Shown here: positions 46,731-57,285 of the stretch, piece after piece
How the letters are laid out: every line of letters starts with the position of its first letter
Numbering within the stretch: the stretch's first letter is position 1
Assembly: GCA_003426165.1 (NCBI GenBank)
Contig: QUAH01000006.1
Coordinates: 134,685 to 198,684, forward strand
Direction: 5' to 3'
DNA: 64,000 nt
Source: Candidatus Saccharicenans subterraneus
Lineage (GTDB): Bacteria; Acidobacteriota; Aminicenantia; Aminicenantales; Saccharicenantaceae
Notes under the pieces: generated by a model
Database searches by the model: none
What the model was told of the DNA's origin: nothing
Seen by the model: only the letters and a program-made list of their open reading frames with translations
Position numbers and translations under genes: made by a program

Positions 46731-47504
46731 ATGAAATTTGGAGTGGTCGTTTTCCCGGGTTCCAACTGCGATTATGATACTTTCCATGCCCTGCAGAACG
46801 TCATGGGCCAGGAAACTGTCTTTCTCTGGCATAAAGACCATGACCTGCGAGGGGTGGACTGCGTGGTCCTGCCCGGTGGTTTTTCCTACGGAGATTACCT
46901 GCGTTCCGGAGCCATCGCCCGCTTCTCCCCCATCATGAGGGAGGTCAAGAAATTCGCCGATTCCGGAGGCCTGGTCCTTGGAATCTGTAACGGATTTCAG
47001 ATTCTGCTGGAAGCCGGGCTGCTTCCCGGAGCCATGCTCAGAAATAAGAATCTAAAGTTCCTCTGCCAGCACGTCCATATCCGAATCGAGAACAACCGGA
47101 CGGCTTTCAGCAGTGCCGGCCACAGGGGCCAGGTTCTCAGAATACCCATTGCCCATTTTGACGGGAATTATTACGCCCCGCCCGACCTTCTCTCAGAACT
47201 GGAAAAGAACAAACAGGTTGTATTCCGCTACTGCGACGAAAAAGGAAAACTGAGCGAGGAAGCCAACGTCAACGGTTCAGCCCACAGCATCGCCGGCCTC
47301 ATCAACCGCCAGGGCAACGTCCTGGGGATGATGCCCCACCCCGAAAGAGCTTCAGAAAAAATACTGGGCAGTGAGGACGGTAAAATAATCTTCAGCTCAA
47401 TGATTGACTATCTGGAGAAAAAAAGGGGAACCGGAAAGAAAAAGGCGACCCGGGCCGCCAGGCCTGCGGTGACACCTCTTCCGCCCCTTATCGGGACTTT
47501 TTGA
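46731..47504 (+). CDS. purQ: FGAM synthase glutaminase subunit PurQ
   Basis: [30 protein letters not shown]. Confidence 0.97.
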   Translation: MKFGVVVFPGSNCDYDTFHALQNVMGQETVFLWHKDHDLRGVDCVVLPGGFSYGDYLRSGAIARFSPIMREVKKFADSGGLVLGICNGFQILLEAGLLPGAMLRNKNLKFLCQHVHIRIENNRTAFSSAGHRGQVLRIPIAHFDGNYYAPPDLLSELEKNKQVVFRYCDEKGKLSEEANVNGSAHSIAGLINRQGNVLGMMPHPERASEKILGSEDGKIIFSSMIDYLEKKRGTGKKKATRAARPAVTPLPPLIGTF

Positions 47505-47514
47505 GGATACCATC

Positions 47515-49728
47515 ATGATCGACGCAAAAACTCTGGCCGACCATAACCTGACCCGTGAAGAATACGAACTGATTGTCAAACTGATCGGTCGCGAACCCAA
47601 CCTGACGGAACTCGGCATATTTTCGGTGATGTGGTCCGAACACTGTGGCTACAAGAGTTCCCGGGTACACCTGAAAAAATTCCCGACCAGGGGAAAATAC
47701 CTGATCCAGGGCCCCGGAGAAAACGCCGGGGTCATGGACATCGGCGACGGCCTGGCTGTGGTTTTCAAGATTGAATCTCACAACCACCCTTCCTACATTG
47801 AACCCTACCAGGGTGCGGCGACCGGGGTCGGGGGCATCTTGCGGGACATCTTTACCATGGGGGCCAGGCCGGTGGCCGTGCTCGATTCCCTTCGTTTCGG
47901 TCCCCTCGACCAGCCCGAGAACCGGTCCATAATGGACGGTGTGGTCAGCGGAATATCCGGCTATGGAAATTCGTTCGGCGTGCCCACGGTCGGGGGCGAA
48001 GTTTATTTCAACGAGTGCTATGCCCAGAACCCGCTGGTTAATGTCTGCTGCGTGGGGCTGGCCCGGAAGGACAAACTTTTCCTGGCCAGGGCCCGGGGTG
48101 TGGGCAATGCCGTGATTTACGTCGGGGCCAGGACCGGGCGGGACGGCATTCACGGCGCTACCATGGCCTCGGCCGAGTTCGGTGAGGAAACCGAGCACAA
48201 GAGACCCAACGTTCAGGTGGGCGACCCCTTCAAGGAGAAGCTGCTGCTGGAAGCCTGCCTGGAAGCCATGGCCAGGGACCTGATCGTCGGGATCCAGGAC
48301 ATGGGCGCGGCCGGGCTGACCTGTTCCACCACTGAAATGGCAGCCAAGGCCGGGACCGGGATGGAAATCAACCTGGACCTGGTGCCCCAGCGTGAAGCCG
48401 GGATGAATCCTTACGAAATAATGCTCTCTGAATCCCAGGAACGAATGCTTATCGTGGCCGAACCGGATAAGGTTGAAGAGCTGAAGAAGATCTTCACCAA
48501 GTGGGACCTGGAAGCAGTGGTCATTGGAAAAGTAACGGATGATGAACGGCTCAAGGCCTATTTTCATGGCCAGCTGGTCATTGACATACCGGTTAAGGCA
48601 GTGGTTGACCTTTGCCCGGCCTACCGGCGGCCGGCCCGGACACCTGCCTTCCTGAGGAAGGTCACCAGGTTTCGCCTTCCCGAAATGCCCTCGGACCTCA
48701 ACCAGGTTTTTCTCCAGCTCCTGGCCTCACCCAACATCTCAGACAAAGAATGGGTTTTCCGGCAGTACGACCATATGGTCCAGGTTAATACCATGGTGCT
48801 GCCCGGGGCCGACGCCGCCGTGCTCAGGCTCAAGGGCTTGAAGAAGGGCCTGGCCATGACCCTCGACGGGAACTCTCTCTACACTTACCTTAATCCCAGG
48901 CGGGGCGGCCAGATTGCCGTGGCCGAAGCCTGCCGTAACCTGGCCTGCGCCGGGGCGACACCAATCGGGGTTACCAACTGCCTCAATTTTGGCAACCCGG
49001 AAAAACCAGAAATCATGTGGCAGTTCAAACAGGCGGTGGAAGGAATTGCCGAAGCCTGCCGCCGGTTCGAAATACCGGTTACCGGCGGAAACGTTAGCTT
49101 CTACAATGAAACTGAAGGCAAAGCCATCTATCCCACCCCGGTTCTGGGAATTATCGGACTGGTGGAAGACACCTCCCTGGTGCCCTCGGCTGGATTCCGT
49201 GGGGCCGGGGATGTAATTATTCTTCTGGGAGAAAACAAAGAGGAGCTGGGTGGCTCGGAATACCTTAGGCTCGTTTTTTCCGAAGAAAAAGGTCAGCCGC
49301 CGGCTCTCAATATCGAGAAGGAGAAAAGAGTTCAGGCATGCTGTCGACAGGCCATTCGCTCCGGGCTGGTCAGAACAGCCCACGACCTGTCTGAAGGCGG
49401 GCTGGCCGTGGCCCTGGCCGAATGTTCATTCAAGGGTCCGCGCCCGATAGGATTTCAGGTGAAGCTGGATGACCGGCTCAGGACCGATGCCCTGCTGTTC
49501 GGCGAAAGCCAGTCCAGAATCATCCTGGCCGCCAGAAAAGAGAAGGCCCGGAAAATTTTGGCTCTGGCCAAAAAGATGAAAGTAAAGGCCAGGATAATCG
49601 GAAGGACCGGCGGTCGGAAAATGGTCATCTGGCACCGGAAGAAAAAGGTTGTTGACCAGCCGCTGGAACTGGGCTACCGGGCCTGGAAAAACTCCATTCC
49701 TGACTATTTCAAGGTAAAGAAAACCTGA
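47515..49728 (+). CDS. purL: FGAM synthase subunit PurL
   Basis: [38 protein letters not shown]. Confidence 0.97.
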   Translation: MIDAKTLADHNLTREEYELIVKLIGREPNLTELGIFSVMWSEHCGYKSSRVHLKKFPTRGKYLIQGPGENAGVMDIGDGLAVVFKIESHNHPSYIEPYQGAATGVGGILRDIFTMGARPVAVLDSLRFGPLDQPENRSIMDGVVSGISGYGNSFGVPTVGGEVYFNECYAQNPLVNVCCVGLARKDKLFLARARGVGNAVIYVGARTGRDGIHGATMASAEFGEETEHKRPNVQVGDPFKEKLLLEACLEAMARDLIVGIQDMGAAGLTCSTTEMAAKAGTGMEINLDLVPQREAGMNPYEIMLSESQERMLIVAEPDKVEELKKIFTKWDLEAVVIGKVTDDERLKAYFHGQLVIDIPVKAVVDLCPAYRRPARTPAFLRKVTRFRLPEMPSDLNQVFLQLLASPNISDKEWVFRQYDHMVQVNTMVLPGADAAVLRLKGLKKGLAMTLDGNSLYTYLNPRRGGQIAVAEACRNLACAGATPIGVTNCLNFGNPEKPEIMWQFKQAVEGIAEACRRFEIPVTGGNVSFYNETEGKAIYPTPVLGIIGLVEDTSLVPSAGFRGAGDVIILLGENKEELGGSEYLRLVFSEEKGQPPALNIEKEKRVQACCRQAIRSGLVRTAHDLSEGGLAVALAECSFKGPRPIGFQVKLDDRLRTDALLFGESQSRIILAARKEKARKILALAKKMKVKARIIGRTGGRKMVIWHRKKKVVDQPLELGYRAWKNSIPDYFKVKKT

Positions 49729-49737
49729 GGGGGAAAA

Positions 49738-50376
49738 ATGGAACAGGAAGTATTCCGAAGCCCTAGGAAAAGGGGCAGAGTGGCAGTATTGCTTTCTGGC
49801 CGCGGCTCCAACTTCAGGGCCATTCATGAAGCCATGCTGGCCGGAAAGATAAACGCCGACATTGTGCTGGTATTCAGCAACAAGGCCGAGGCCCCGGGGC
49901 TGCAGACAGCCAGGGAGAGAGGCCTGGAAACTCTTCATCTGGACCCCAAGAGTTTCCCCAGCAAAGAGGCCTACGATGCAGCCATAGTCGAAGAGTTGAA
50001 AAAACGTGAAGTTGACCTGGTCTGCCTGGCCGGTTACATGAAAATAATCACCCCGCTTTTCTGCCAGGCTTTCAGGAACCGGATCATGAACATCCATCCG
50101 GCGCTTCTACCTTCGTTTCCTGGACTTCATGCCCAGAAACAGGCCGTTGATTACGGGGTGCGTTATTCCGGGGCCACCGTCCACTTCGTCTGGGAAGAGG
50201 TGGATGCCGGACCCATCATCTTGCAGGCCGTGGTTCCGGTCCACCAGGATGATACCGAGGAGACCCTGGCCGAGAGAATCCTGGAATGGGAACACAAGAT
50301 ATACCCCGAGGCGGTGCGTCTTTATTTTGAAGGCAGGCTGGAAGTGCGGGGTCGCAAAGTCTACATCATGGACTGA
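49738..50376 (+). CDS. purN: Phosphoribosylglycinamide formyltransferase
   Basis: SGRGSN, LAGYM, NIHPALLP.F.G, GATVHFV, DAGPII. Confidence 0.97.
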   Translation: MEQEVFRSPRKRGRVAVLLSGRGSNFRAIHEAMLAGKINADIVLVFSNKAEAPGLQTARERGLETLHLDPKSFPSKEAYDAAIVEELKKREVDLVCLAGYMKIITPLFCQAFRNRIMNIHPALLPSFPGLHAQKQAVDYGVRYSGATVHFVWEEVDAGPIILQAVVPVHQDDTEETLAERILEWEHKIYPEAVRLYFEGRLEVRGRKVYIMD

Positions 50377-50514
50377 CCATACCTTTTATTATATAAGCGC
50401 AGGCCAGGCCGGCCCCGGACCACACCCCCCAGAAAAAAATCAGGCTTAAATCCCTTGAAATTCCCGTCATATTAGGTCATATTTATAGCTTCAAGACCAA
50501 TCGAGGTTGGCACG

Positions 50515-51747
50515 ATGTTCAAGCCTGTTGAAGAACAACTGAAGCTCCTCAAGAAGGGAGCGGTGGAAATCATCCAGGAAGAAGACCTGGTTCGCAAACT
50601 GGAAAGGTCCAGGAAGGAAAATCGGCCGCTCCGGGTTAAAGCCGGGTTTGACCCGACGGCACCCGATATTCACCTGGGACATACCGTCCTTCTCAGGAAG
50701 ATGAAGCACTTCCAGGAACTGGGGCATGAGGTCATCTTTCTGATCGGCGATTTCACCGGCCTGATCGGCGACCCCAGCGGCCGCTCGGCCACCAGGCCGG
50801 CCATGACCAGGGAGGAAATCAACCGGAATGCCGAGACCTACAAGCAGCAGGTTTTCAAGATACTCGACCCTCAAAAAACCATCATAGATTTTAATTCCCG
50901 CTGGCTGGGGGCGCTGTCCAGTTTTGACATCATCAGGCTCACTTCAAAATATACCGTGGCCAGGATCCTGGAGCGGGACGATTTCACCAAGAGGTTCAAG
51001 GCCGGGCTACCCATATCTGTGCACGAGCTCCTTTATCCTCTGATGCAGGCTTACGATTCGGTGGCCCTTCAGGCCGACGTGGAACTTGGCGGCACCGACC
51101 AGAAGTTCAACCTGCTGGTCGGCCGGGAAATCCAGAGGGAATACGGGCAGGAACCGCAGGTCATCCTGACCATGCCGCTGCTGGAAGGCCTGGACGGCGT
51201 GGAAAAGATGTCCAAGTCCCTGGGAAATTATGTCGGAATTAACGAACCACCCGAAGAAATTTTCGGCAAGTTGATGTCTATCTCCGACGAGCTGATGTAC
51301 CGTTACTACGAGCTTTTAACCGATGTGCCGACCGACCAGATCGAAGACTGGAAAAAACAGGCCAGGGAAGGCAGCCTCAACCCGCGCGACTTAAAAGCCG
51401 GCCTGGCCCGGATGGTCGTGGCTGATTTCTGGGGAGAAGAAGAAGGCCAGAGGGCAGCCGAAGAGTTCGACCGGATTTTCAAACATAAGGACCTGCCGAG
51501 CGAAATGGAAGAAAAGGTCGTCGAAACCTACGGTGAGCAAACCCAGCTGGAGCTGGTCGACCTGATGGTTAACCTGGGCATAGTTCCCTCCCGCGGCGAG
51601 GCCAAGCGGCTAATCCGCCAGGGTGGAGTCTACGTTGACGGCCAGCGGGTTGAAGACCTGGAACACAAACTGGATGCCAGCCGGACAGAACAGATCCTCA
51701 AGGTCGGCAAGAGGAAATTCTACCGGCTCAAGTTGCAACACAAATAA
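50515..51747 (+). CDS. tyrS: Tyrosine--tRNA ligase
   Basis: [34 protein letters not shown]; C-terminal S4 domain. Confidence 0.97.
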   Translation: MFKPVEEQLKLLKKGAVEIIQEEDLVRKLERSRKENRPLRVKAGFDPTAPDIHLGHTVLLRKMKHFQELGHEVIFLIGDFTGLIGDPSGRSATRPAMTREEINRNAETYKQQVFKILDPQKTIIDFNSRWLGALSSFDIIRLTSKYTVARILERDDFTKRFKAGLPISVHELLYPLMQAYDSVALQADVELGGTDQKFNLLVGREIQREYGQEPQVILTMPLLEGLDGVEKMSKSLGNYVGINEPPEEIFGKLMSISDELMYRYYELLTDVPTDQIEDWKKQAREGSLNPRDLKAGLARMVVADFWGEEEGQRAAEEFDRIFKHKDLPSEMEEKVVETYGEQTQLELVDLMVNLGIVPSRGEAKRLIRQGGVYVDGQRVEDLEHKLDASRTEQILKVGKRKFYRLKLQHK

Positions 51748-51886
51748 TGAATTGAAGAAGAAATAGCCCGGGCGGAGAAGCTACCAGCCCTGGTTATGAA
51801 TCAGGCTCCAGGATATGAGCAGAGGATGATCAAAGCCAGAGCCAGTTTGCTTAACCCTCGAGAATCTTATATAATCGGGCCAGGGG

Positions 51887-52324
51887 ATGAACTTGGATAA
51901 GGCTGCGGCTGTCATCGAAGTTGCCAGCGAGCTCGGAGAAATTGAAGCCATCAAGAATTTCCTGGACCAAAATCTCCAGGCCCTGCCGGTAACCGAGGAA
52001 GAACATTTCCAGATCGAGCTGGCCCTGATTGAAATCTGCCTCAACATAATCCATTACGCCTACCCTGAAAACAGGGGCACAATCCAGGTAAGATTCTGGA
52101 CCGAGGGACCGCAGGTTTTCCTGGAGATTAGAGATAGCGGCGTACCTTTCGACCCCTCACAGTCGCCTACCCCGGACATAGAAGAGATCATCCGCAAAAG
52201 AAAAAAGGGCGGGCTGGGCATTTACCTCAGCCGGGAGTTGATGGACGGATTTTCCTATCGCCGGGATGGCGGACAGAACATTCTGCTGATGCACAAAAGG
52301 TTGTCCGCGGCCGAGGCTAACTGA
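51887..52324 (+). CDS. RsbW/SpoIIAB-like anti-sigma factor Ser kinase (HATPase_c_2)
   Basis: N-box E.C.NII.YAY, DSGVPFDP, GGLGIYL. Confidence 0.88.
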   Translation: MNLDKAAAVIEVASELGEIEAIKNFLDQNLQALPVTEEEHFQIELALIEICLNIIHYAYPENRGTIQVRFWTEGPQVFLEIRDSGVPFDPSQSPTPDIEEIIRKRKKGGLGIYLSRELMDGFSYRRDGGQNILLMHKRLSAAEAN

Positions 52325-53152
52325 TCAGTACAGGACCGCGGCCTCGCCCTTTTCCTGGATGAGCTTATCTATGGCCTGAAGGATGAGCTCCTTCCGGGCC
52401 AGGACGGCGTTGATCTCATCATCAGTCAGGTACTCTCCGACGATACCTTTAATTAACTCAAAATTCAGGGCTTTTATTTTTTCCACGAAGGCCCGGGGCA
52501 GCTCGCTCATCGGCTTCGGACCCTCCCGGTGTTTTTCGGAGTAAATCAGGTTCTGGGTGAATTTTTTCCCGGTGCGGAAAGACCGAGAATGGTCAATCAG
52601 TATCATCCGCCAGTCGGCGGTTATCAAGATGTTGTTCATGTGGCGGTCTTCGTTGCCGATCAGGTTGTCAAAGGCCCTCTGCAGGTAAACGGCCCGGTTC
52701 CAGTTCATCAGCTTGATGGGTGGAGTCTTGATATTTTTCTCGGTCTTTTGTTTTAGGGTCATCTGGTAGTCAACCCAGATCTGGCAGGAACCACGGTTGT
52801 TATGAAACCTTCTTTCCACCGTGGGCGGGACCATGTTCAATTCCAGGTAATTATCCATCAGGTAAGCCGCTATTTCGTATTTCCAGCCTTCCACGAAACC
52901 CTTCAGGCGGCCTTCCGGGTTCTTCCAGAGAGCATTCCTGGTGATCCCGTCCTTTTCCAGGGTCAGTTTCCAGGGGCTGGTGACGGACTCCGGGCCGATT
53001 AGCTGCTCTTCATTGACAATGTTGGCCGTCCGCAAAAATTCTTCCCACCTGGCTCGCTCGGCCACCTCGTCCGGCGTGAACTGAGGAAATAACGGCAGGA
53101 AAAGAAGCAAGGCCACCGAAACCACGAAAAAGCCATAAAACTTTCTTCCCAT
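52325..53152 (-). CDS. Exported atypical kinase, Fam20C/PI4K-II-like motifs (paralog 1)
   Basis: Signal peptide; ALWK (beta3 Lys), EIAAYLMD...VPPTVER, GSCQIWV, FDNLIGNEDRHMNNIL, LIDHSRSF. Confidence 0.75.
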   Translation of the reverse strand: MGRKFYGFFVVSVALLLFLPLFPQFTPDEVAERARWEEFLRTANIVNEEQLIGPESVTSPWKLTLEKDGITRNALWKNPEGRLKGFVEGWKYEIAAYLMDNYLELNMVPPTVERRFHNNRGSCQIWVDYQMTLKQKTEKNIKTPPIKLMNWNRAVYLQRAFDNLIGNEDRHMNNILITADWRMILIDHSRSFRTGKKFTQNLIYSEKHREGPKPMSELPRAFVEKIKALNFELIKGIVGEYLTDDEINAVLARKELILQAIDKLIQEKGEAAVLY

Positions 53153-53161
53153 ATTCCCTCC

Positions 53162-53995
53162 TCAATAAAGGACCTTGCCCTCGCCCACGACTTTGATCAT
53201 CTCGTCTATTTCCTTAAGTATTAAATCTTTGCGGGCCAGGACGGCCCTGATTTCTTTATCGGTCAGGTATGGCCCAACGGCCTGTTTGATGCTGTCAAAG
53301 GTCAGGGCCTTGATATTCTCCACCAGTTGCCTAGGCAATTTTCTGAAAGGCAGGGCCCGGCTATCAGCTCTTAACGGGTTTAGACCGAACAGGAGGTGCT
53401 TGGTATATTTTTCTTCTGACCGGAAGCTCCGGGAGTGGTCGATTAGTATGGTCCTCCAGTCCTTGGTATATAAGGTATTTTGCTGGGTGCGGTCCTCGTT
53501 GGCGATCAGGGCATCAAACACCCGGGAAATATATTTTCTCTTCTCCCAGTTATCGGCTTCCGGCCCGCTCGATGGCAGGGGGATATTCTTTTCCATCACC
53601 TGCAGCAGGCTGTATTCTTTCTCCACCCAGAGTTGCAGGGAGCCTCTCTGGCCCCTGAATACCCTCTCCACCGTTGGCGGGATCATGTTCAAGCCCAGCA
53701 GCTTGTCCAGCCGGTAGGCGGCAATTTCATACTGCCAGCCCTCGAGGAAGCCGCCCTGAATTCCGCTGGGGTTCTTCCAGACTCCGCTTCTTTCAACATC
53801 ACCTTTTTTGAGGAAAAGGCGAACCGGCTTGGTTACCCCCTCACCTATCTCTTTATAATCTATTATCTCCGCGGTCAGCAGAAATTCTTCCAGTTCCTCC
53901 CTCTGAGCTATTTCTTCTGGCCTAAACTGTGAAGACAGGGGCAGGTTCAGAACCAAGAGCAATAAACCAACGGCCAAAATCGCACTCTTTCTCAT
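53162..53995 (-). CDS. Exported atypical kinase, Fam20C/PI4K-II-like motifs (paralog 2)
   Basis: Signal peptide; GEGVT loop, GVWK, EIAAYRLD...IPPTVER, GSLQLWV, FDALIANEDRTQQN, LIDHSRSF. Confidence 0.75.
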   Translation of the reverse strand: MRKSAILAVGLLLLVLNLPLSSQFRPEEIAQREELEEFLLTAEIIDYKEIGEGVTKPVRLFLKKGDVERSGVWKNPSGIQGGFLEGWQYEIAAYRLDKLLGLNMIPPTVERVFRGQRGSLQLWVEKEYSLLQVMEKNIPLPSSGPEADNWEKRKYISRVFDALIANEDRTQQNTLYTKDWRTILIDHSRSFRSEEKYTKHLLFGLNPLRADSRALPFRKLPRQLVENIKALTFDSIKQAVGPYLTDKEIRAVLARKDLILKEIDEMIKVVGEGKVLY

Positions 53996-54590
53996 TTCCC
54001 CGACTCCTTAATATAAGACTTCCCCCCGGCCATAGGCAGAAATCATCTCCTCGATTTCCTTCAGGATCAGGTCGCGGCGGGCCAGCACAGAATTTATCTC
54101 CCTGGTGGTCAGATAGGAACCCACCGCCTGCCTGATGCTATCAAAGGTCAGGGCCTTCAATCTTTCCACAAATTCGGCTGGCAATCGTTTGAACGGCAGT
54201 GGAATTCCGCCCGGGCGCAGGGGCCGCAGCCCGTACATAAGGTTGTTAGTAAAACGGGCATCGGACCTGAAACTGCGGGAGTGGTCAATAAGTATGGTCC
54301 GCCAGTCTTCAGTGAGCAGGGTATTCTGCAGGCTCCGGTCTTCGTTGGCAATCAGAGAATCAAAGGCCCGGGTCAGATACTGCATCCTTTCCAGGTTAAC
54401 CGCCTCCCACCCCTCCTTTGGCAACTGGATTTTATTATCGACAATTTCCAGAAGGTCGTACTTGTGTTCCACCCAGAGCTGTAAAGAGCCGCGCTGACCC
54501 TGGAACCTCCTTTCCACCGTGGGCGGGATGAGGTTTAAGCCAAGCAACTTATCCAGGCGGTAGGCGGCAATTTCATACTGCCAGCCCTCG
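53712..54590. repeat. 33-bp identical segment shared by kinase paralogs 2 and 3 (53712-53744 and 54558-54590)
   Basis: CGGTAGGCGGCAATTTCATACTGCCAGCCCTCG occurs at both positions; it encodes EGWQYEIAAYR. Confidence 0.85.
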
Positions 54591-54853
54591 TAGTAACCGT
54601 TGATTACTCCGCTCGGGTTCTTCCAGACGGCAGTCAGCTCTGTATCTCCCTTTTTCAAGTAAACCCGAATGGGCAGAGTGATGCCTTTGCCCAGGTCCCG
54701 AAAGCCGGTTATTCTCGCCTTCAGAAGGAATTCTTCCTGTTCGCCCCGCCGGGCTATTTCATCCGTTGTGAACTGGGCGCGGGAACTCGAAAATGACAAT
54801 AACAGAACAAAAGTGGCGGTTAGCAAGTTCCTGGCAGCCGTTTTTAACTGCAA
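54008..54853 (-). CDS. Exported atypical kinase, Fam20C/PI4K-II-like motifs (paralog 3)
   Basis: Signal peptide (SRA/QF); GKGIT, AVWK, EIAAYRLD, GSLQLWV, FDSLIANEDRSLQN, LIDHSRSF; TTG start uncertain. Confidence 0.73.
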   Translation of the reverse strand: MQLKTAARNLLTATFVLLLSFSSSRAQFTTDEIARRGEQEEFLLKARITGFRDLGKGITLPIRVYLKKGDTELTAVWKNPSGVINGYYEGWQYEIAAYRLDKLLGLNLIPPTVERRFQGQRGSLQLWVEHKYDLLEIVDNKIQLPKEGWEAVNLERMQYLTRAFDSLIANEDRSLQNTLLTEDWRTILIDHSRSFRSDARFTNNLMYGLRPLRPGGIPLPFKRLPAEFVERLKALTFDSIRQAVGSYLTTREINSVLARRDLILKEIEEMISAYGRGEVLY

Positions 54854-54991
54854 GGCTTTCCCCTTTGCTAATAGCCTAATATTTTTGCATTATTAAAGTC
54901 AAATTTAATATTTCATCTAAGGCCAGCAAAAATTTTAATTGATATGATAGAGTAGCTTCTGCTATAAACTGGGGTGAAAGAGGGCGAACCA

Positions 54992-55837
54992 ATGAAAAAA
55001 CTGTTACTTCTGCTTTCGTTTCTGGTATTTCTTTCTGGCTGTTCTTCTGACCGGTACGCTCCCACCATCCGCTTTCCTTACAAATGGCCGGGCACCCCGG
55101 GTTTTGGCGGCAATATCGATCAGCAAAACATACCCGAGCCTTCGGGTCTGTGCTTCCATCCGCAGCGAAAGACTCTATTTGTGGTCAGCGACGAGGGCTG
55201 GCTTTACGAAATAACAACTGACGGAGCTCCAATTTTCAGCCAGCGGATTCCGGGCGACCTGGAAGCCATTGCCATCAACCCCAGGACGGGCCTGGTTTAC
55301 GTTGTAATTGAAGGAGATGATATCATCCTTGAATATGACCCGGATCGGCACGAGGTTACCCGTAGATTCCCGGTCAACAGAGCCTTCAACGGCGACCTGA
55401 ACTTTCTGCAAAAACAGGTCGAGGAATACGACAACGGCCTGGAGGCGCTGGCTTTTGTCCCGGATGAAAAGCATCCCGAAGGCGGGACCTTTTATGCCGG
55501 GAACCAATGGGACCCGCCCTGTATAGTTGAAATCGAAGTCCCCCTGAAATCAAGCCAGGCCCGGGAGGCCGAAGCCAGAATTATCAGGGTCCTGCCTTTC
55601 AAAATAGACGACCCCGCAGCCATGATTTACGACGAGGAAACCAGGCTTCTGCATATAGGCAGCGATGCCGATAATATCCTGGTTGAGATAACACTCGACG
55701 GGAAACTGGTAAGAGAATACGCCTTTCCAGGCGATAACCAGGAAGGTCTGGCCTGGGATGATAAGGGATACCTTTATATAGCGCAGGACTCAGGGGGCAT
55801 AATAAAAATCCAGGACCTGAGGAAAAAACGATCCTGA
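54992..55837 (+). CDS. SdiA-regulated/YjiK-like beta-propeller lipoprotein
   Basis: Lipobox LSGC; repeated blade motifs EPSGL, DLEAIA, GLEALA, NQEGLAWD. Confidence 0.7.
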   Translation: MKKLLLLLSFLVFLSGCSSDRYAPTIRFPYKWPGTPGFGGNIDQQNIPEPSGLCFHPQRKTLFVVSDEGWLYEITTDGAPIFSQRIPGDLEAIAINPRTGLVYVVIEGDDIILEYDPDRHEVTRRFPVNRAFNGDLNFLQKQVEEYDNGLEALAFVPDEKHPEGGTFYAGNQWDPPCIVEIEVPLKSSQAREAEARIIRVLPFKIDDPAAMIYDEETRLLHIGSDADNILVEITLDGKLVREYAFPGDNQEGLAWDDKGYLYIAQDSGGIIKIQDLRKKRS

Positions 55838-55870
55838 TATTAAGGTCTTGGAAAGATCCGGAAACCTGGT

Positions 55871-57274
55871 TCAGGACCTTTCCGACTGTGTCCTTGCCCT
55901 CAGTTTTTTATATTCGCGGATTATAAGAAAACACAGGGATATCCAGATCAACACTCCCAGGATATTAACCCGGGCGAACTTTTCCACGCCAAAGGCCAGG
56001 TAAGTCGTGCCCAGAAAAATTCCCAGGGCGGCAATCACATCCCCTCCCCTGACAAAAAAGGTGTCGATGGCCGCCTTGGCTTTATATTTTTCTTCCCTGG
56101 AAGTAATCAGAAAGAGGGCATGCTTGGTGGTGTTCATCAGCGAATAGTCGGTGCCGTTTTCCAGGGCCTTAACCCACTTGATCAAAAGGAGTGAGGCCCC
56201 GACCGCGATAAACCCATAACCACCCAGGGCGATAAAAGGAAAAATAAGAAGAGCCCCGCCCACGCCAATCCACCTGAAAATCCGCGAAACCAGAAAAAGC
56301 TGCAGCACCAGGGCAATCAGGTTGGTCAGCAACTGGTACTCGGCAAAAAATTTCCCTATATATTCTTTCAAATCCAGGCCGCCGGCCAGGCCCGCCGCCA
56401 CGGCCTGGGTGGCCGTTCGGGTTACCACGTTGCTCAGTATGTATTCTCCGGTGGCATTTATGAAATTATAAAGACCGATGACCAGGGCAATCAATAGAAG
56501 GTAGCGGCTCTTGAAAACCAGGCGGAACCCCCCGCCTTTTTTGAGTGGCTTTTCCTGTTCAATTTTCTTTTGCTCCAGCTCGACCGGGGACAGCCCCACC
56601 CTCACGATATGTTGCAACTCTCTCTTGTGAATATGAATGGCCAGCAGGATGCATAAGCCCAGAATGGCGGCCGAAACCAGCATCAGGCTGTAAAGGCCAA
56701 TGGGCCTGATCAACCAGCCTGCTAACCGGCTGCCGAAAACGGCCCCGGAAGTAGCCCCGAAAGCAATCAATGGAAACAGCCTCCGGCCTTCCTCATCAGA
56801 ATACAGGTCGTTGGCAAAACCCCAGAACTGGGCCGGAACCAGCAGGTTATAGATTCCGATCCAGATGAAAAAGATGATGCCCATAGTTCCGAGAGGAATG
56901 CCCACCATACTTAGAATATAGAAAATTATCAGGTTGGAGATAAAGAACAGAGTTACCCAGGTTATCAACAGATGTCTGGGAACCCGGGAAGCCAGGTAGC
57001 TGAAGGCTTTAATCACCAGTATAAGCAAAATGGCCTGGGCTCCGGCCAGGTAACTTTTTATTTCCGCCCCTTTGCCGGCCAGAATCAGCGCGTCCCGGAC
57101 GGGTTTGATTATGTAATAGGCCAGCAGCAACAGGAAGATATTAAAGGTCAGCAGCAAGGCCTTGGAAGCCTCTCCCGGCCTGATATCGGTAAAGAGCCTG
57201 AGCAGCCGGTAACCGGGAGGGCAGGCTCGCTCAGAGTCACTTTTCTGTTTCGGGTCTGGGCCAACCTCTTTCAT
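55871..57274 (-). CDS. NTT/TLC (Npt1/Npt2) family ATP/ADP-type nucleotide translocase
   Basis: MFS-like hydrophobic pattern; YYIIKPVRDAL, QFWGFANDL, RLFPLI, DYSLMNTTK, KYKAKAAIDTF. Confidence 0.85.
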   Translation of the reverse strand: MKEVGPDPKQKSDSERACPPGYRLLRLFTDIRPGEASKALLLTFNIFLLLLAYYIIKPVRDALILAGKGAEIKSYLAGAQAILLILVIKAFSYLASRVPRHLLITWVTLFFISNLIIFYILSMVGIPLGTMGIIFFIWIGIYNLLVPAQFWGFANDLYSDEEGRRLFPLIAFGATSGAVFGSRLAGWLIRPIGLYSLMLVSAAILGLCILLAIHIHKRELQHIVRVGLSPVELEQKKIEQEKPLKKGGGFRLVFKSRYLLLIALVIGLYNFINATGEYILSNVVTRTATQAVAAGLAGGLDLKEYIGKFFAEYQLLTNLIALVLQLFLVSRIFRWIGVGGALLIFPFIALGGYGFIAVGASLLLIKWVKALENGTDYSLMNTTKHALFLITSREEKYKAKAAIDTFFVRGGDVIAALGIFLGTTYLAFGVEKFARVNILGVLIWISLCFLIIREYKKLRARTQSERS

Positions 57275-57285
57275 TTCTCCCCCTG

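Noticed and set aside
52325-54853. HipA toxin or defence-kinase interpretation of the kinase triplet
   Set aside because: Signal peptides are present, there is no HTH antitoxin or HipA N-terminal domain, and no mobile-element context
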